DNA from: an uncultured Pseudomonadales bacterium
GTDB taxonomy: Bacteria > Pseudomonadota > Gammaproteobacteria > Pseudomonadales > Azotimanducaceae
Assembly: GCA_964572845.1 (NCBI GenBank)
Contig: CAZNFX010000002.1
Location: forward strand, 49,123 to 113,122
Direction: 5' to 3'
Length of the DNA stretch: 64,000 nucleotides
The notes below the pieces were generated by a model. It searched no databases. It saw nothing but the letters and a program-made list of their open reading frames with translations, and was not told the origin of the DNA. Both the position numbers and the translations under genes were made by a program. Shown here piece after piece: positions 1 through 8,654 of this stretch; position 1 is the stretch's first letter, and the number at the start of each line of letters is the position of its first letter.

Positions 1-1
1 G

Positions 2-160
2 GGATTGTTGCGGGACACGGGACGAATCAGTGCGGAAGAACTGGCCAGCAAGCACTTGGACGCAGACATATCGCAACGAGAATTCTGGCGTTCCACGGTT
101 GCTGCGCTTGAACCGCGTGTTTCTCATTTTGAGTCGTTGTGCGACGAGATTTTTGACTGA
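2..160 (+). CDS. 3' end of an unidentified CDS entering from upstream of the window
   Basis: Frame 2 is open from the window edge to TGA at 158-160. It reads protein-like (GLLRDTGRISAEELASKHLDADISQREFWRSTVAALEPRVSHFESLCDEIFD*). No family recognised. The listed ORF 30..227 in another frame looks like a shadow. Confidence 0.25.
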   Translation, partial: GLLRDTGRISAEELASKHLDADISQREFWRSTVAALEPRVSHFESLCDEIFD

Positions 161-227
161 AGACGACCTAGCGGCAGTCGTTGTCCGCACGGGACTCTAC
201 TGTGCGATGATGTTCTTGGTCTCGTGA

Positions 228-545
228 TCAGAACCTAGACCAACCCTGGGACTCAATAGTCAAGCGGACGCGGATTCTCAGATTGCATCTGCGGATGGGG
301 TGTCTCAGACATTCGAGGAGGGTCGTTCGGTTGGCCTGCCTGCATGAATTGCAGAAGTCCAATTCCTGGACTGGGAACCGCGAGGAAACGTAGCTTTTCT
401 TGCAAGCGAAGATCTGCGGATTCGGCTTGCTACGTTCGGTGAAACCGCTGGATTTGAACCACGAACGCACAATGAGAATGCCCAGCAATTGGAGCAGTTG
501 CCGGAGTATCGAATAGTAGTCGCGGAGTTTTGCTGCTTATGGTAA
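228..545 (+). pseudogene. possible decayed CDS: a single frame open over 228-545 apart from an in-frame TGA at 345-347, with no ATG start
   Basis: Hand translation gives ...DADSQIASADGVSQTFEEGRSVGLPA*IAEVQFLDWEPRGNVAFLASEDLRIRLATFGETAGFEPRTHNENAQQLEQLPEYRIVVAEFCCLW*. Composition is protein-like but no family is recognised. The antisense listed ORF 228..488 is Arg/Cys-rich and looks like its shadow. Confidence 0.2.
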
Positions 546-548
546 AAT
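540..548 (+). promoter_or_regulatory. candidate extended -10 element (TGgTAAAAT) for the 580..1440 gene
   Basis: TGGTAAAAT lies 32 nt upstream of the ATG at 580. No good -35 is visible. Confidence 0.25.
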
Positions 549-579
549 GTACAGTATTCATTGCATTTAGAAGTATGTC

Positions 580-1440
580 ATGTTAGCGTCCGCACCCGGC
601 GTGGGATTGCGTACAGAAACCGTCCCAAAATCCAAGGACTTCCTCAGTACTGCACAGATTAGTGAATTTCGCGCAAGGGGAGTTCTGCGGTTGAATGAAT
701 TCCACGAAGAGAAACTGTGCAATAGGCTTGTCGATTCATTTTGGGACGTCATCGGTCGCTATGGTGTTGAAAGGGACGATCAAACAACGTGGACCTGCGT
801 AGGCAATCCGGTCCTCGAGTACCCTTCTCTGAAGCGTGAGCTCAAACGGGTCAGTTTGAATGTTCTGTATTCAAATACTCTGAGGCAAACGGCGCAAGCG
901 CTGGTTGGGACCGACGATTTGGTCGAAACGTCTGCGATGTGGCTGATCACATTTCCGCATCTACGTTCACACCGAAACAAAGTATGGGAAATGCCGAGGA
1001 CCATGTGGCATACGGATTGTCCCCGATTGCCCGGTGCTCAAGCACCCGGTGTCGTTGTCCTGAACTACTTATCCAACGTCAAACCTGAAAGCGGAGGCAC
1101 CGCTGTAGTTGCAGGGTCGCACAAATTGTTTTGCACAGGAAATGCGCGGATGAGTTCGCGGCAATTCAAGAAGAAACTGAAGCACCATGAGTTCTTTCGG
1201 ACTCTGTACTCAAAGTCATCGGATCGTCCAGCTGAATTGCGAGGGGCAAAGGCAAATGTGGAAGGAATCGAGGTCGAGGCAATGGAGCTGACAGGACGAA
1301 TTGGCGATGTTGTATTCCTTGACGGCCGCATACTTCACTCGATAACGGAAAATGTTGGATCGACTCCTCGATTGATGGCGCGGACCTTTTATGGCAGCCG
1401 TGCGCTCTTTGAAAGCTATGGCGCTAGTGTGGACCAGTAA
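580..1440 (+). CDS. PhyH-family Fe(II)/2-oxoglutarate dioxygenase
   Basis: H-x-D in MWHTDCP, then VVAGSHKL, then a distal His in GRILHSITEN. Spacing and length are typical of phytanoyl-CoA dioxygenase-like proteins. Confidence 0.6.
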   Translation: MLASAPGVGLRTETVPKSKDFLSTAQISEFRARGVLRLNEFHEEKLCNRLVDSFWDVIGRYGVERDDQTTWTCVGNPVLEYPSLKRELKRVSLNVLYSNTLRQTAQALVGTDDLVETSAMWLITFPHLRSHRNKVWEMPRTMWHTDCPRLPGAQAPGVVVLNYLSNVKPESGGTAVVAGSHKLFCTGNARMSSRQFKKKLKHHEFFRTLYSKSSDRPAELRGAKANVEGIEVEAMELTGRIGDVVFLDGRILHSITENVGSTPRLMARTFYGSRALFESYGASVDQ

Positions 1441-1530
1441 CGTGACAGCTAGAAGAACACTCAGACTCGTCCTGGCAATTATGATGGCGGAGGATTGACG
1501 ATCGTCAGAAGCAAAACCTAACCTCCATTT

Positions 1531-2871
1531 ATGAAACTGGTTGAAAAGGAGTTTTTAAGTCAATTGGCAAATTCAATAAATAGCACGTTTCAATTTCTCC
1601 ATACCGCCGATATCCATCTAGACAGCCCCATGAGGGGTTTAGCCCAATATGAAGGCGTAACCGTCGATCGCATACGCTCGGCAACCCGGGATGCTTTTGT
1701 GGCTATGGTCGACAGAATCGTTGACGCCCGCCCTGGCTTTGCGATCATTGCTGGGGACTTGTACGACGGAGACTGGAATGACTTCAATACTGGACTATTC
1801 TTCGTCGATCAAATGCGAAAGTTGCGGCTGCAGGGTATTCGAGTCTACGTGCTGTACGGTAATCATGACGCACATAGCCAGATTACGAAACGGCTAATTC
1901 TGCCAGACAACGTCTATGAGTTTAGTCACAAGAAGGCACAGACGCACATAGTTGAGGAGCATGAGGTCGCCCTGCATGGGCGAAGCTATCCCCAGCGTGA
2001 CGTCAACGAAAATCTGAGTCGGGATTATCCGGATCCCAGCAGTGGCAATTTCAACATTGGTGTCCTCCATACCGGGTTGGGAGGCATGGGCGGACATGCC
2101 AACTATGCCCCTTGCAGCCTGGACGAATTGGTCAATAAAGGCTATGACTACTGGGCGCTTGGACACGTTCACACTCGTCAGATCCTGCACGAGCATCCCC
2201 ACGTTGTGTTTCCGGGCAATCTGCAAGGACGGCACATCAACGAAAGTGGGCCACGGGGTGCGTCTCTGGTGACCGTCGAGCATGGCAAGGTCGATAGCAT
2301 CGAAGCATGGGAATGTGATGTTGTCAGGTGGCAAAGGCTCGACGTGTCCGTGGAAGGTCTTGAATCCTACGATCAAGTCACAGCTGCAGTTGGAGAGTGT
2401 TTGACAGATGTGGTAGCTGCTAGCGACACGAACCGCATGACTGCAGTTCGTCTCCAACTAACCGGTGCCACCCCCTTGCACGGAAGGCTCATTGCCTCGA
2501 CCGATGCCCACACGGAAAACATCCAAGCGCTGTCGTTGGATGTTGGAGGAGACGATCTGTGGGTGGAGAAAGTAGATGTTCAAACCCGTCCTATAGCCTC
2601 TGATGCAGCAGACTTCTCCGCGGACGAGGCCTTTGCCGACTTAAGGCAGCTACTGGGTACGAGCGCGAATGATCCGGAGCTCTTAGAACTCATGGCGACT
2701 GAGTTCTCAGACATGGTGTCAAAGTTACCCATCGCACTCAAGTCAGACATGGAGGCAAGTGAGGGTAGCTTTTCCCAATTGATCATGGAAGAGCGGCATG
2801 ACGAGCTCCTCGCGCGTGTGCTTGAGCGTGCGAGCTATGAAATCGCGGGAGACAGTAGCAATGAGAGTTAA
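1531..2871 (+). CDS. metallophosphoesterase, SbcD/Mre11-like DNA exonuclease (YhaO type)
   Basis: Ordered calcineurin-like motifs TADIHLD, AGDLYDG, YGNHDA, VLHTG and GHVHT. The stop overlaps the start of the next gene. Confidence 0.85.
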   Translation: MKLVEKEFLSQLANSINSTFQFLHTADIHLDSPMRGLAQYEGVTVDRIRSATRDAFVAMVDRIVDARPGFAIIAGDLYDGDWNDFNTGLFFVDQMRKLRLQGIRVYVLYGNHDAHSQITKRLILPDNVYEFSHKKAQTHIVEEHEVALHGRSYPQRDVNENLSRDYPDPSSGNFNIGVLHTGLGGMGGHANYAPCSLDELVNKGYDYWALGHVHTRQILHEHPHVVFPGNLQGRHINESGPRGASLVTVEHGKVDSIEAWECDVVRWQRLDVSVEGLESYDQVTAAVGECLTDVVAASDTNRMTAVRLQLTGATPLHGRLIASTDAHTENIQALSLDVGGDDLWVEKVDVQTRPIASDAADFSADEAFADLRQLLGTSANDPELLELMATEFSDMVSKLPIALKSDMEASEGSFSQLIMEERHDELLARVLERASYEIAGDSSNES

Positions 2872-5800
2872 GAAGCTTGAATTGTTGCGCTATGGGCATT
2901 TGGAGGGAACCGAACTGAATTTCCCGTTAGAAGACCAAGCACCTGATTTCCATCTAGTATTTGGCCCCAATGAAGCAGGTAAGTCGACAGCACGACTTGC
3001 ATTGGAAGACTTCCTGTTTGGCGTCCCAAGGCAATCGTCACTTGGTTTCAAGCATGGCAATGCCAATCTGCAGATTGGTGCGCAGTTGGAAACCGAACAC
3101 GGTAGCTTTGAAGCCATTAGGCGCAAAGGCGATACAAACACACTTCGACACCGCGATACGAACGAAGCGCTAGAACAGGGCGAGTCCACCTTGCGTCGCG
3201 CCTTGAACAACAATAGCTTGGAATTCTTCAAAGCAATGTTTAGCCTCGATCACGAACGCCTACGTCGAGGCGCACAGACCATACTTGATGCAAATGACGA
3301 TGTTGGACGAGCGTTGTTTTCGGCAACGGCAGGATTGATAGGCCTACAGGATCGACTCGACGCATGGATGGGCGAAGCAGACCAGCTCTGGGCTCCAAGG
3401 AAAAGCGCGCGCCGCAAGTATTACGTCGCACGTGACCAATTTGACGAAGCTCGCAAGAGAGTGGTGGAATTCTCGATTAAAGCTTCCGATTGGGAGAGCA
3501 AGCGGGAGGCTGTGGAACAACTGGAAAGCGCGCTGAAGAATGTGGAGGATCAGATTCATCAGTTGGAACCGCGTCGCAGAAAGCTGGCGCGAATACGACG
3601 AGTCAAAGCGAAGGTTTCCCGCTACTTTGAAATTGCCGATCAACTGGAGGGATTGAAGGATTGTCCCCAGTTACCCGAGAACGCCGCAGACCGATTGAGC
3701 GACCTTGTGGCGAATCAACAGTCTGCTAGCCAAAGAACAAAACTCTATGCAGGCGAGGCAAAGCAATTGGATGTCGAAGCGAAAGAAACGACATTCGATG
3801 AAGGGGTCTTAGAGAAAGCGGAAGAAATTGAGGAGCTCAATGACCTTAGGGCCAAAGTCGAACGATCCGAACGCGAACTGGCACGAAGACAGCAGGAACT
3901 GCAGGAACTGCGACAAAGGCAAAGTTCGCTAGCGGGGATTCTCGGCTGGGAATCGGCCGACGTGATCTCGCAGCGCGTTCCGTCCAGACAACGAAACCGC
4001 ACACTTCGAGATTTGCTGGAGAAGCACCGCATTTTGGGCAACGAACTAGAAAGCGCGCGCGATGAACAGCGCAGTGCTACAGAAAGGAAACGAGAATTGC
4101 TCCGGGACGTTGACAGTGCAGGGCCAGTTGTTGAACTCGCGACACTCCAAGCTGCAATTGAATACGCGCAAAAAGAGTCCGACGAAGTAGCCCACCTACC
4201 GAGGCTACATAGGCAGCTCGAGTCGCAAATCGAGAAGGTCAATCAGATCAATCGCTCCCTATTTCCTGCAGTTGCGGAGGAAGCCGTAGACTTGGTGAAG
4301 ACTCCGTCTCGCAAGACGATTCAGAGTGCACAGGATGAATTACGTGGACTTGACGAAGAATTCCGGTCTCGCAGGAATGGGGTGCGGGAGCTTGATTCTC
4401 GTATAGCTCTCTCACTTGGAGAGCTTGAAAGCTTTGAGCGGAGCAAGGAATTCGTGACAGCTGAGGACCTAGCGGATTTGCGTCGCGATCGCGAACTGCA
4501 ATGGACATCTCTGAAGGAACAGTACTTTGAGTGGCAATCCAGCGGAAGAAAGCCCACCGAGAATGAGGGGCAAGACATTGGCTCCCATATAGCGGACTAC
4601 GAACAAAAGGTCAAAGCTGCGGACGACAAAGCAGACAAGAGATTCGAGACTGCTGAATCTTTGGCTCGTTACAACGAAATGCGCCTGAACTGCGAGAAAT
4701 TGCGAAGACAAAGAGACCTTCAAGAAAGCTTGTTGCGCGAAGCTGAGAACGAAATAAAGGAGTTCAATCAACGCTGGCGAGAGCAATGGTCTGACGCACC
4801 ATTCGACGTTGCAGACCCGGAAACCATGCTCGCTTGGTACGAGAATTTTCAATCATTGCGTACAGCAGCGGATCAAAAGAACGACATGCAACGCGAGGTC
4901 GAACAGCTGTCTCAGCGAGGCCGCGACGCTCAATCACGGCTTCAATCGGTTCTGTCAGGGCTGTTGGAATCTGAACGTCCTTTGACGTTTTCGTCATTGC
5001 CCGAAGCGATTGCCTACGCACGAAGTACCGACGCAAAAACCAGCGAGATCAATGTTCAGCGCAAAGGATTGGAGGAGAGGCTAAAGGAAGCAACTTTTGA
5101 AGTCGACAGGCAAAGTGGCAAATTGAACGAGTTGGAGTTGCAGAAGGCCGAGTGGGAGACACAGTGGCGAGCTGCTCTCGACGGCACCGTACTGTCCCAG
5201 GAGCATACACCAGAAAGAGTTTCTGAAATGTTGGATACCTTTGATGACCTTCGCGAGGCAGTTAGCAGCATCGACACTCTAGTGAGAAACGAAATTCAAC
5301 CCATAGAGCGAGACATCGCCGAATTCAACGACCGGGTCGAGAGTCAGATTACGGGCTCAAACGGCATGGATGGGGAAGAGCCAACCATTAAGAAAGTACA
5401 ACGTCTAGTCGAAAGTTTGCGCTATTCACAAGTACAAAGGGCAAGACGAGACAACCTGAACAAGCGAGCTGAGGAACTCAAGGAAAAACAAGAGGAAGCA
5501 ACCGTATCTCTCAATGAAATAACTTCACGAATTGATGAAATGCGAAGCGTGGCTGGTGCTGACGACATCGATCAGTTGAGGGAGAGCATCAGGAAGTCTG
5601 ACGATCAACGGGAGCTTCTCAGGGAGCGCGTTCGCCTCAGGGAAGAACTAGAACAGGACGGAGACGGACAGTCGGTGCAGGAGCTGCTGGATGAGTGCGA
5701 TACCGTGCACGACCTCGACGCGGCCCGCAGCGAGGAAACTGAATTGGAGAGCAAACTTGCAGACTTACGCGAGCAACAGCAGACGGTTTTGAAAGATTGT

Positions 5801-6400
5801 GTTGCGGCGAAGCAACGACTAGATGAAACCATAGGTTCAGATAGTGCAGCACAAGCTGAAACTGATAGGCAGTGCGCCTTGACAGATATGAGGAACGCAA
5901 TCGAGGATTACATTCCGATTCGTGCCGCAGCGGTGGCTCTTGATTGGGCGATTGATCGATTTCGCAAGGAACGTCAGGGACCGTTGGTCAAACGTGCAGC
6001 GGAGATTTTCAAGACTCTTACTCTTGGTTCATTTGTGCAGCTTGAGACGCAAATGGGGAACAAAGGACCAACTCTTGTTGCCTACCGAGGCAGTGGCGAC
6101 GCCGTCTCGCTGGGGGGACTCAGTGAAGGAACAGTCGATCAGCTCTATTTGGCTTTGCGGATTGCGGCCATTGAGAAGCACATTGACGACACAAGCTCCT
6201 CGTTGCCGCTTGTGGTTGACGATCTCTTCACCAATTTCGACGACGAACGAGCTACTGCTGGATTGAGAGTTCTGAATGAGCTCTCTCTTAAATGTCAAGT
6301 TTTGTTTTTCACGCACCATCGTCACTTGGTCGACATAGCACGAGATGTTGGTGGCACAGCGGTCTCAATACGCGAATTGCCTGCGTATACATCCGCATAG
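2861..6400 (+). CDS. SMC/Rad50/SbcC-like AAA ATPase with a long coiled coil (YhaN type), no zinc hook
   Basis: Walker A GPNEAGKST (2963-2989), then about 900 aa of E/R/Q/L-rich sequence. The C-terminal head has LSEGTVDQL, LPLVVDDLF and FFTHH. Start chosen at ATG 2861 (MRVKKLELLRYGHL), which overlaps the upstream TAA (ATGAGAGTTAA). No CxxC motif occurs anywhere. Confidence 0.85.
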   Translation: MRVKKLELLRYGHLEGTELNFPLEDQAPDFHLVFGPNEAGKSTARLALEDFLFGVPRQSSLGFKHGNANLQIGAQLETEHGSFEAIRRKGDTNTLRHRDTNEALEQGESTLRRALNNNSLEFFKAMFSLDHERLRRGAQTILDANDDVGRALFSATAGLIGLQDRLDAWMGEADQLWAPRKSARRKYYVARDQFDEARKRVVEFSIKASDWESKREAVEQLESALKNVEDQIHQLEPRRRKLARIRRVKAKVSRYFEIADQLEGLKDCPQLPENAADRLSDLVANQQSASQRTKLYAGEAKQLDVEAKETTFDEGVLEKAEEIEELNDLRAKVERSERELARRQQELQELRQRQSSLAGILGWESADVISQRVPSRQRNRTLRDLLEKHRILGNELESARDEQRSATERKRELLRDVDSAGPVVELATLQAAIEYAQKESDEVAHLPRLHRQLESQIEKVNQINRSLFPAVAEEAVDLVKTPSRKTIQSAQDELRGLDEEFRSRRNGVRELDSRIALSLGELESFERSKEFVTAEDLADLRRDRELQWTSLKEQYFEWQSSGRKPTENEGQDIGSHIADYEQKVKAADDKADKRFETAESLARYNEMRLNCEKLRRQRDLQESLLREAENEIKEFNQRWREQWSDAPFDVADPETMLAWYENFQSLRTAADQKNDMQREVEQLSQRGRDAQSRLQSVLSGLLESERPLTFSSLPEAIAYARSTDAKTSEINVQRKGLEERLKEATFEVDRQSGKLNELELQKAEWETQWRAALDGTVLSQEHTPERVSEMLDTFDDLREAVSSIDTLVRNEIQPIERDIAEFNDRVESQITGSNGMDGEEPTIKKVQRLVESLRYSQVQRARRDNLNKRAEELKEKQEEATVSLNEITSRIDEMRSVAGADDIDQLRESIRKSDDQRELLRERVRLREELEQDGDGQSVQELLDECDTVHDLDAARSEETELESKLADLREQQQTVLKDCVAAKQRLDETIGSDSAAQAETDRQCALTDMRNAIEDYIPIRAAAVALDWAIDRFRKERQGPLVKRAAEIFKTLTLGSFVQLETQMGNKGPTLVAYRGSGDAVSLGGLSEGTVDQLYLALRIAAIEKHIDDTSSSLPLVVDDLFTNFDDERATAGLRVLNELSLKCQVLFFTHHRHLVDIARDVGGTAVSIRELPAYTSA

Positions 6401-6413
6401 TTTCGAGTTCTAG

Positions 6414-7649
6414 TTATCTGAGACGTCGAGAAACCTTTCGTTCAGTTGTCCTTTGCAGGATTAGGGGCGCATCTTTCGGACGTAGTTCCACTCTATACCG
6501 AGGAACAAAGCTCTGGTCACTTACTGCTGCACCCTGAATGCGGTCGACGCGATAGCTCCGGTGCACACCATCAGGGAGTCTTTCCGCGTGCAGGACGATA
6601 TTTCCGGATTGGGTGCGTCGGAGGGAGTATGGCTCAATACGACGGATAGTGCCGTTATACGCTAGGTCGACGCACAGCAAGTTTGAAGCCGCAAAACGGA
6701 TGGTCTCCAAATACGACTGAATTGAGTTGTTAACTCGCAAATGAAGTGTGCGGTCCCTAAGTAGGAATTCACCCGAGGCCATCGAATAGGGAGTGAGAGT
6801 GGGGTGTATTGTTCCCTTACGGAGCCAGTCAAAGAATTCCGAGAGAGTGTTCCAAAAGGATTCTAGCGGCGGTAACGCCTGAAGCTGGTGACTCAGCACT
6901 TGTTTCCATGAACCTTCGAGATCGTCCCTGTTGGGCTCAAGTGTCTCAAGCATCGGTACAGGAAGTGCGCGGTGTGCACACTTTCGCTTCAAGATTTCGA
7001 GTAAGTTGGCGGGTTTGGGTCGTGCGTCTATGTTGCGGTACAGACTAATCACGTCGTACAGGTCACGGGGCCGTGCTCGTTGTCCCAAGGCTCGTACTTT
7101 TTCCGCGAACGCTTCTTCGTATGTGTAGCACTGAACGCTGATTCCATCGTCCGGCACGTCGCTGTAGTCGTGAAAGATTGTTCGCTCGACTGGCATCATC
7201 ACAAGTAGTTCATCGGTCGTAAGATCGAGTTTGAGGCGCGGAAGCGTACCGGATCGTGGAGCGATCGGCCCTCTGTAGCTCAACTTTCCTTGATAGGACG
7301 TGGTTCCACGTGGATTTTGCAAGGCTTCAAATTCCTGTAGTTCCTTGGGCAGCTCTATACCTGTGTGGTCATAGATCCAATCTGAGATGTTGTGGAACGC
7401 CGTGGTCAGACCATTGCAGTCGAAGTGAGGCGGCGTTGTGAGTGTGAAATCTAGGTCTTCGGAAAAGCGGTACGTTTCGAAGTAGCACTTCTTGAGGCTG
7501 GTTCCACCTTTGAAAATCCAAGTGTTAGCAAGTTCCTTGTGCTGATAGATTCCAGCAAGCACCCACCCCAGCACGTAGTCCTTCTCAACGATCTGTGGTC
7601 TTAGACTGAGTGCGTGTGCAATGTCGAGAATTTCTCGGCGGTCGATCAT
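6414..7649 (-). CDS. abiEii: AbiEii/DUF1814-type nucleotidyltransferase toxin with a C-terminal WYL-like extension
   Basis: EKDYVLGWVL...FKGGTSLKKCYF..YRFSEDLDFT is the AbiEii NTase core. Start taken at MIDRREIL (ATG 7649-7647), which overlaps the abiEi stop as ATGA. The C-terminal segment IRRIEPYSLRRTQSGNIVLHAERLPDGVHRSYRVDRIQ is WYL-like. Confidence 0.8.
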   Translation of the reverse strand: MIDRREILDIAHALSLRPQIVEKDYVLGWVLAGIYQHKELANTWIFKGGTSLKKCYFETYRFSEDLDFTLTTPPHFDCNGLTTAFHNISDWIYDHTGIELPKELQEFEALQNPRGTTSYQGKLSYRGPIAPRSGTLPRLKLDLTTDELLVMMPVERTIFHDYSDVPDDGISVQCYTYEEAFAEKVRALGQRARPRDLYDVISLYRNIDARPKPANLLEILKRKCAHRALPVPMLETLEPNRDDLEGSWKQVLSHQLQALPPLESFWNTLSEFFDWLRKGTIHPTLTPYSMASGEFLLRDRTLHLRVNNSIQSYLETIRFAASNLLCVDLAYNGTIRRIEPYSLRRTQSGNIVLHAERLPDGVHRSYRVDRIQGAAVSDQSFVPRYRVELRPKDAPLILQRTTERKVSRRLR

Positions 7650-8452
7650 GCAGGGGATGCCACAGTCCAACTTTCTGGAACTTGAAGACGCCATCGGCTG
7701 ATGAGCCTCCGGCACGGAAGTGCAGGGTCCAACTTTGCGTTTCCTTGGGTCAAGCGCTCCTGCGCCACTTTGACAAGACGCTCTCCTGAGGGTCGCCTTT
7801 CGGCTAGAAAGCCCAACCGCTTGAAGACTGCCCCATTGTTGATCTGGTCCGCATAGCCTAGCAACGTTTCGTCATCCCTGTCCGGGCGACACATATATGA
7901 ACCGAAACAGTCGTCGACATGTTGGATGCCGCTTCCCAAAGAGGGCTCGTCCAGCATGTCGACAATCGTTCGATGAACGTCCGACATGGCGATTCGTGTG
8001 CGGCCTCGCCAGATGTTTTTGGTTCCAAAGATCCTTTTCGGCTGAATGTGACGCAAGGTAAAAATTGCGCCCGCGCGTTCTTGAATCCGGACTCGCACGG
8101 CGCGCTCCGTCATGACTACTGTGTCTCGAAAGATCTGCTCCGTCAGACCCCAATGTTCTGCGGCAGTTCGGCCACCGATATATGAGGGGTCATAAAGCGA
8201 TGGAACAAGCACCCAAGGATCGTCAAGAACTCGCTCACTGACTAGTGAATCGAGATTTACCGGTACGTATGCTCCGGGACCGACCCGTCGCAACCAGCCT
8301 TGTCTGGTCCAACGGGACAATAGTTTGGCGGCCGCCACACGGCTCGTATCCAACATTCGTTCCGCATCGGCAATATGAACAATGTCACCCGCACCGCGAA
8401 CCACCAAGGCCAGTTTGCGTCTTCCCTCGGGGATGACCAATTCGTTACCCAA
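7646..8452 (-). CDS. abiEi: AbiEi-type (type IV TA) antitoxin / transcriptional regulator
   Basis: N-terminal wHTH-like VAAKLLSRWTRQGWLRRVGPGAYVPV. Size is 268 aa. It sits immediately upstream of, and overlaps, the AbiEii gene. TTG start at 8452. Confidence 0.75.
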   Translation of the reverse strand: MGNELVIPEGRRKLALVVRGAGDIVHIADAERMLDTSRVAAAKLLSRWTRQGWLRRVGPGAYVPVNLDSLVSERVLDDPWVLVPSLYDPSYIGGRTAAEHWGLTEQIFRDTVVMTERAVRVRIQERAGAIFTLRHIQPKRIFGTKNIWRGRTRIAMSDVHRTIVDMLDEPSLGSGIQHVDDCFGSYMCRPDRDDETLLGYADQINNGAVFKRLGFLAERRPSGERLVKVAQERLTQGNAKLDPALPCRRLISRWRLQVPESWTVASPA

Positions 8453-8544
8453 AACTGCTACCTACGTATAATATAGATGCGAAAATTCTCATATTTAAAG
8501 AATTTGTGATAATTGATTATACACAGAGTTTTGCGTGCCTGACG

Positions 8545-8582
8545 ACATGTATCCACATGTAATTTTTCACTGAATTAGTGAA
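8545..8582. promoter_or_regulatory. candidate operator cluster upstream of abiEi: ACATGT-N4-ACATGT (8545-8560) and TTCACT-N5-AGTGAA (8566-8582)
   Basis: Read directly from the sequence. The cluster lies 93-130 nt upstream of the abiEi start, in a stretch of about 33% GC. Confidence 0.3.
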
Positions 8583-8612
8583 TTTTTGCATTTCTATTAT
8601 ATTTGTAATCTG

Positions 8613-8654
8613 GTTAGCACACTCGGCGTTCATGGGCATCAATCAGGTGCTAAC
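8613..8654. repeat. 8-bp perfect inverted repeat GTTAGCAC ... GTGCTAAC with a 26-nt spacer
   Basis: Read directly: arms at 8613-8620 and 8647-8654. Confidence 0.5.

Noticed and set aside
345-347. Two in-frame TGAs inside protein-like frames (345-347 and 60592-60594) raised the idea of TGA being a sense codon (an alternative genetic code).
   Set aside because: Many confident genes of normal length end at TGA, for example yejB at 20477-20479, the amidase at 45719-45721 and abiEi at 7646-7648. The standard code therefore applies, and the interrupted frames are better explained as pseudogenes or local recoding.
2798-2860. The upstream extension of the SbcC-like ORF (MTSSSRVCLSVRAMKSRETVA...) given by the ORF track.
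   Set aside because: It lies entirely inside the end of the SbcD-like gene. The ATG at 2861 gives the canonical MRVKKLEL...FGPNEAGKST N-terminus and a classic ATG/TAA coupling overlap.
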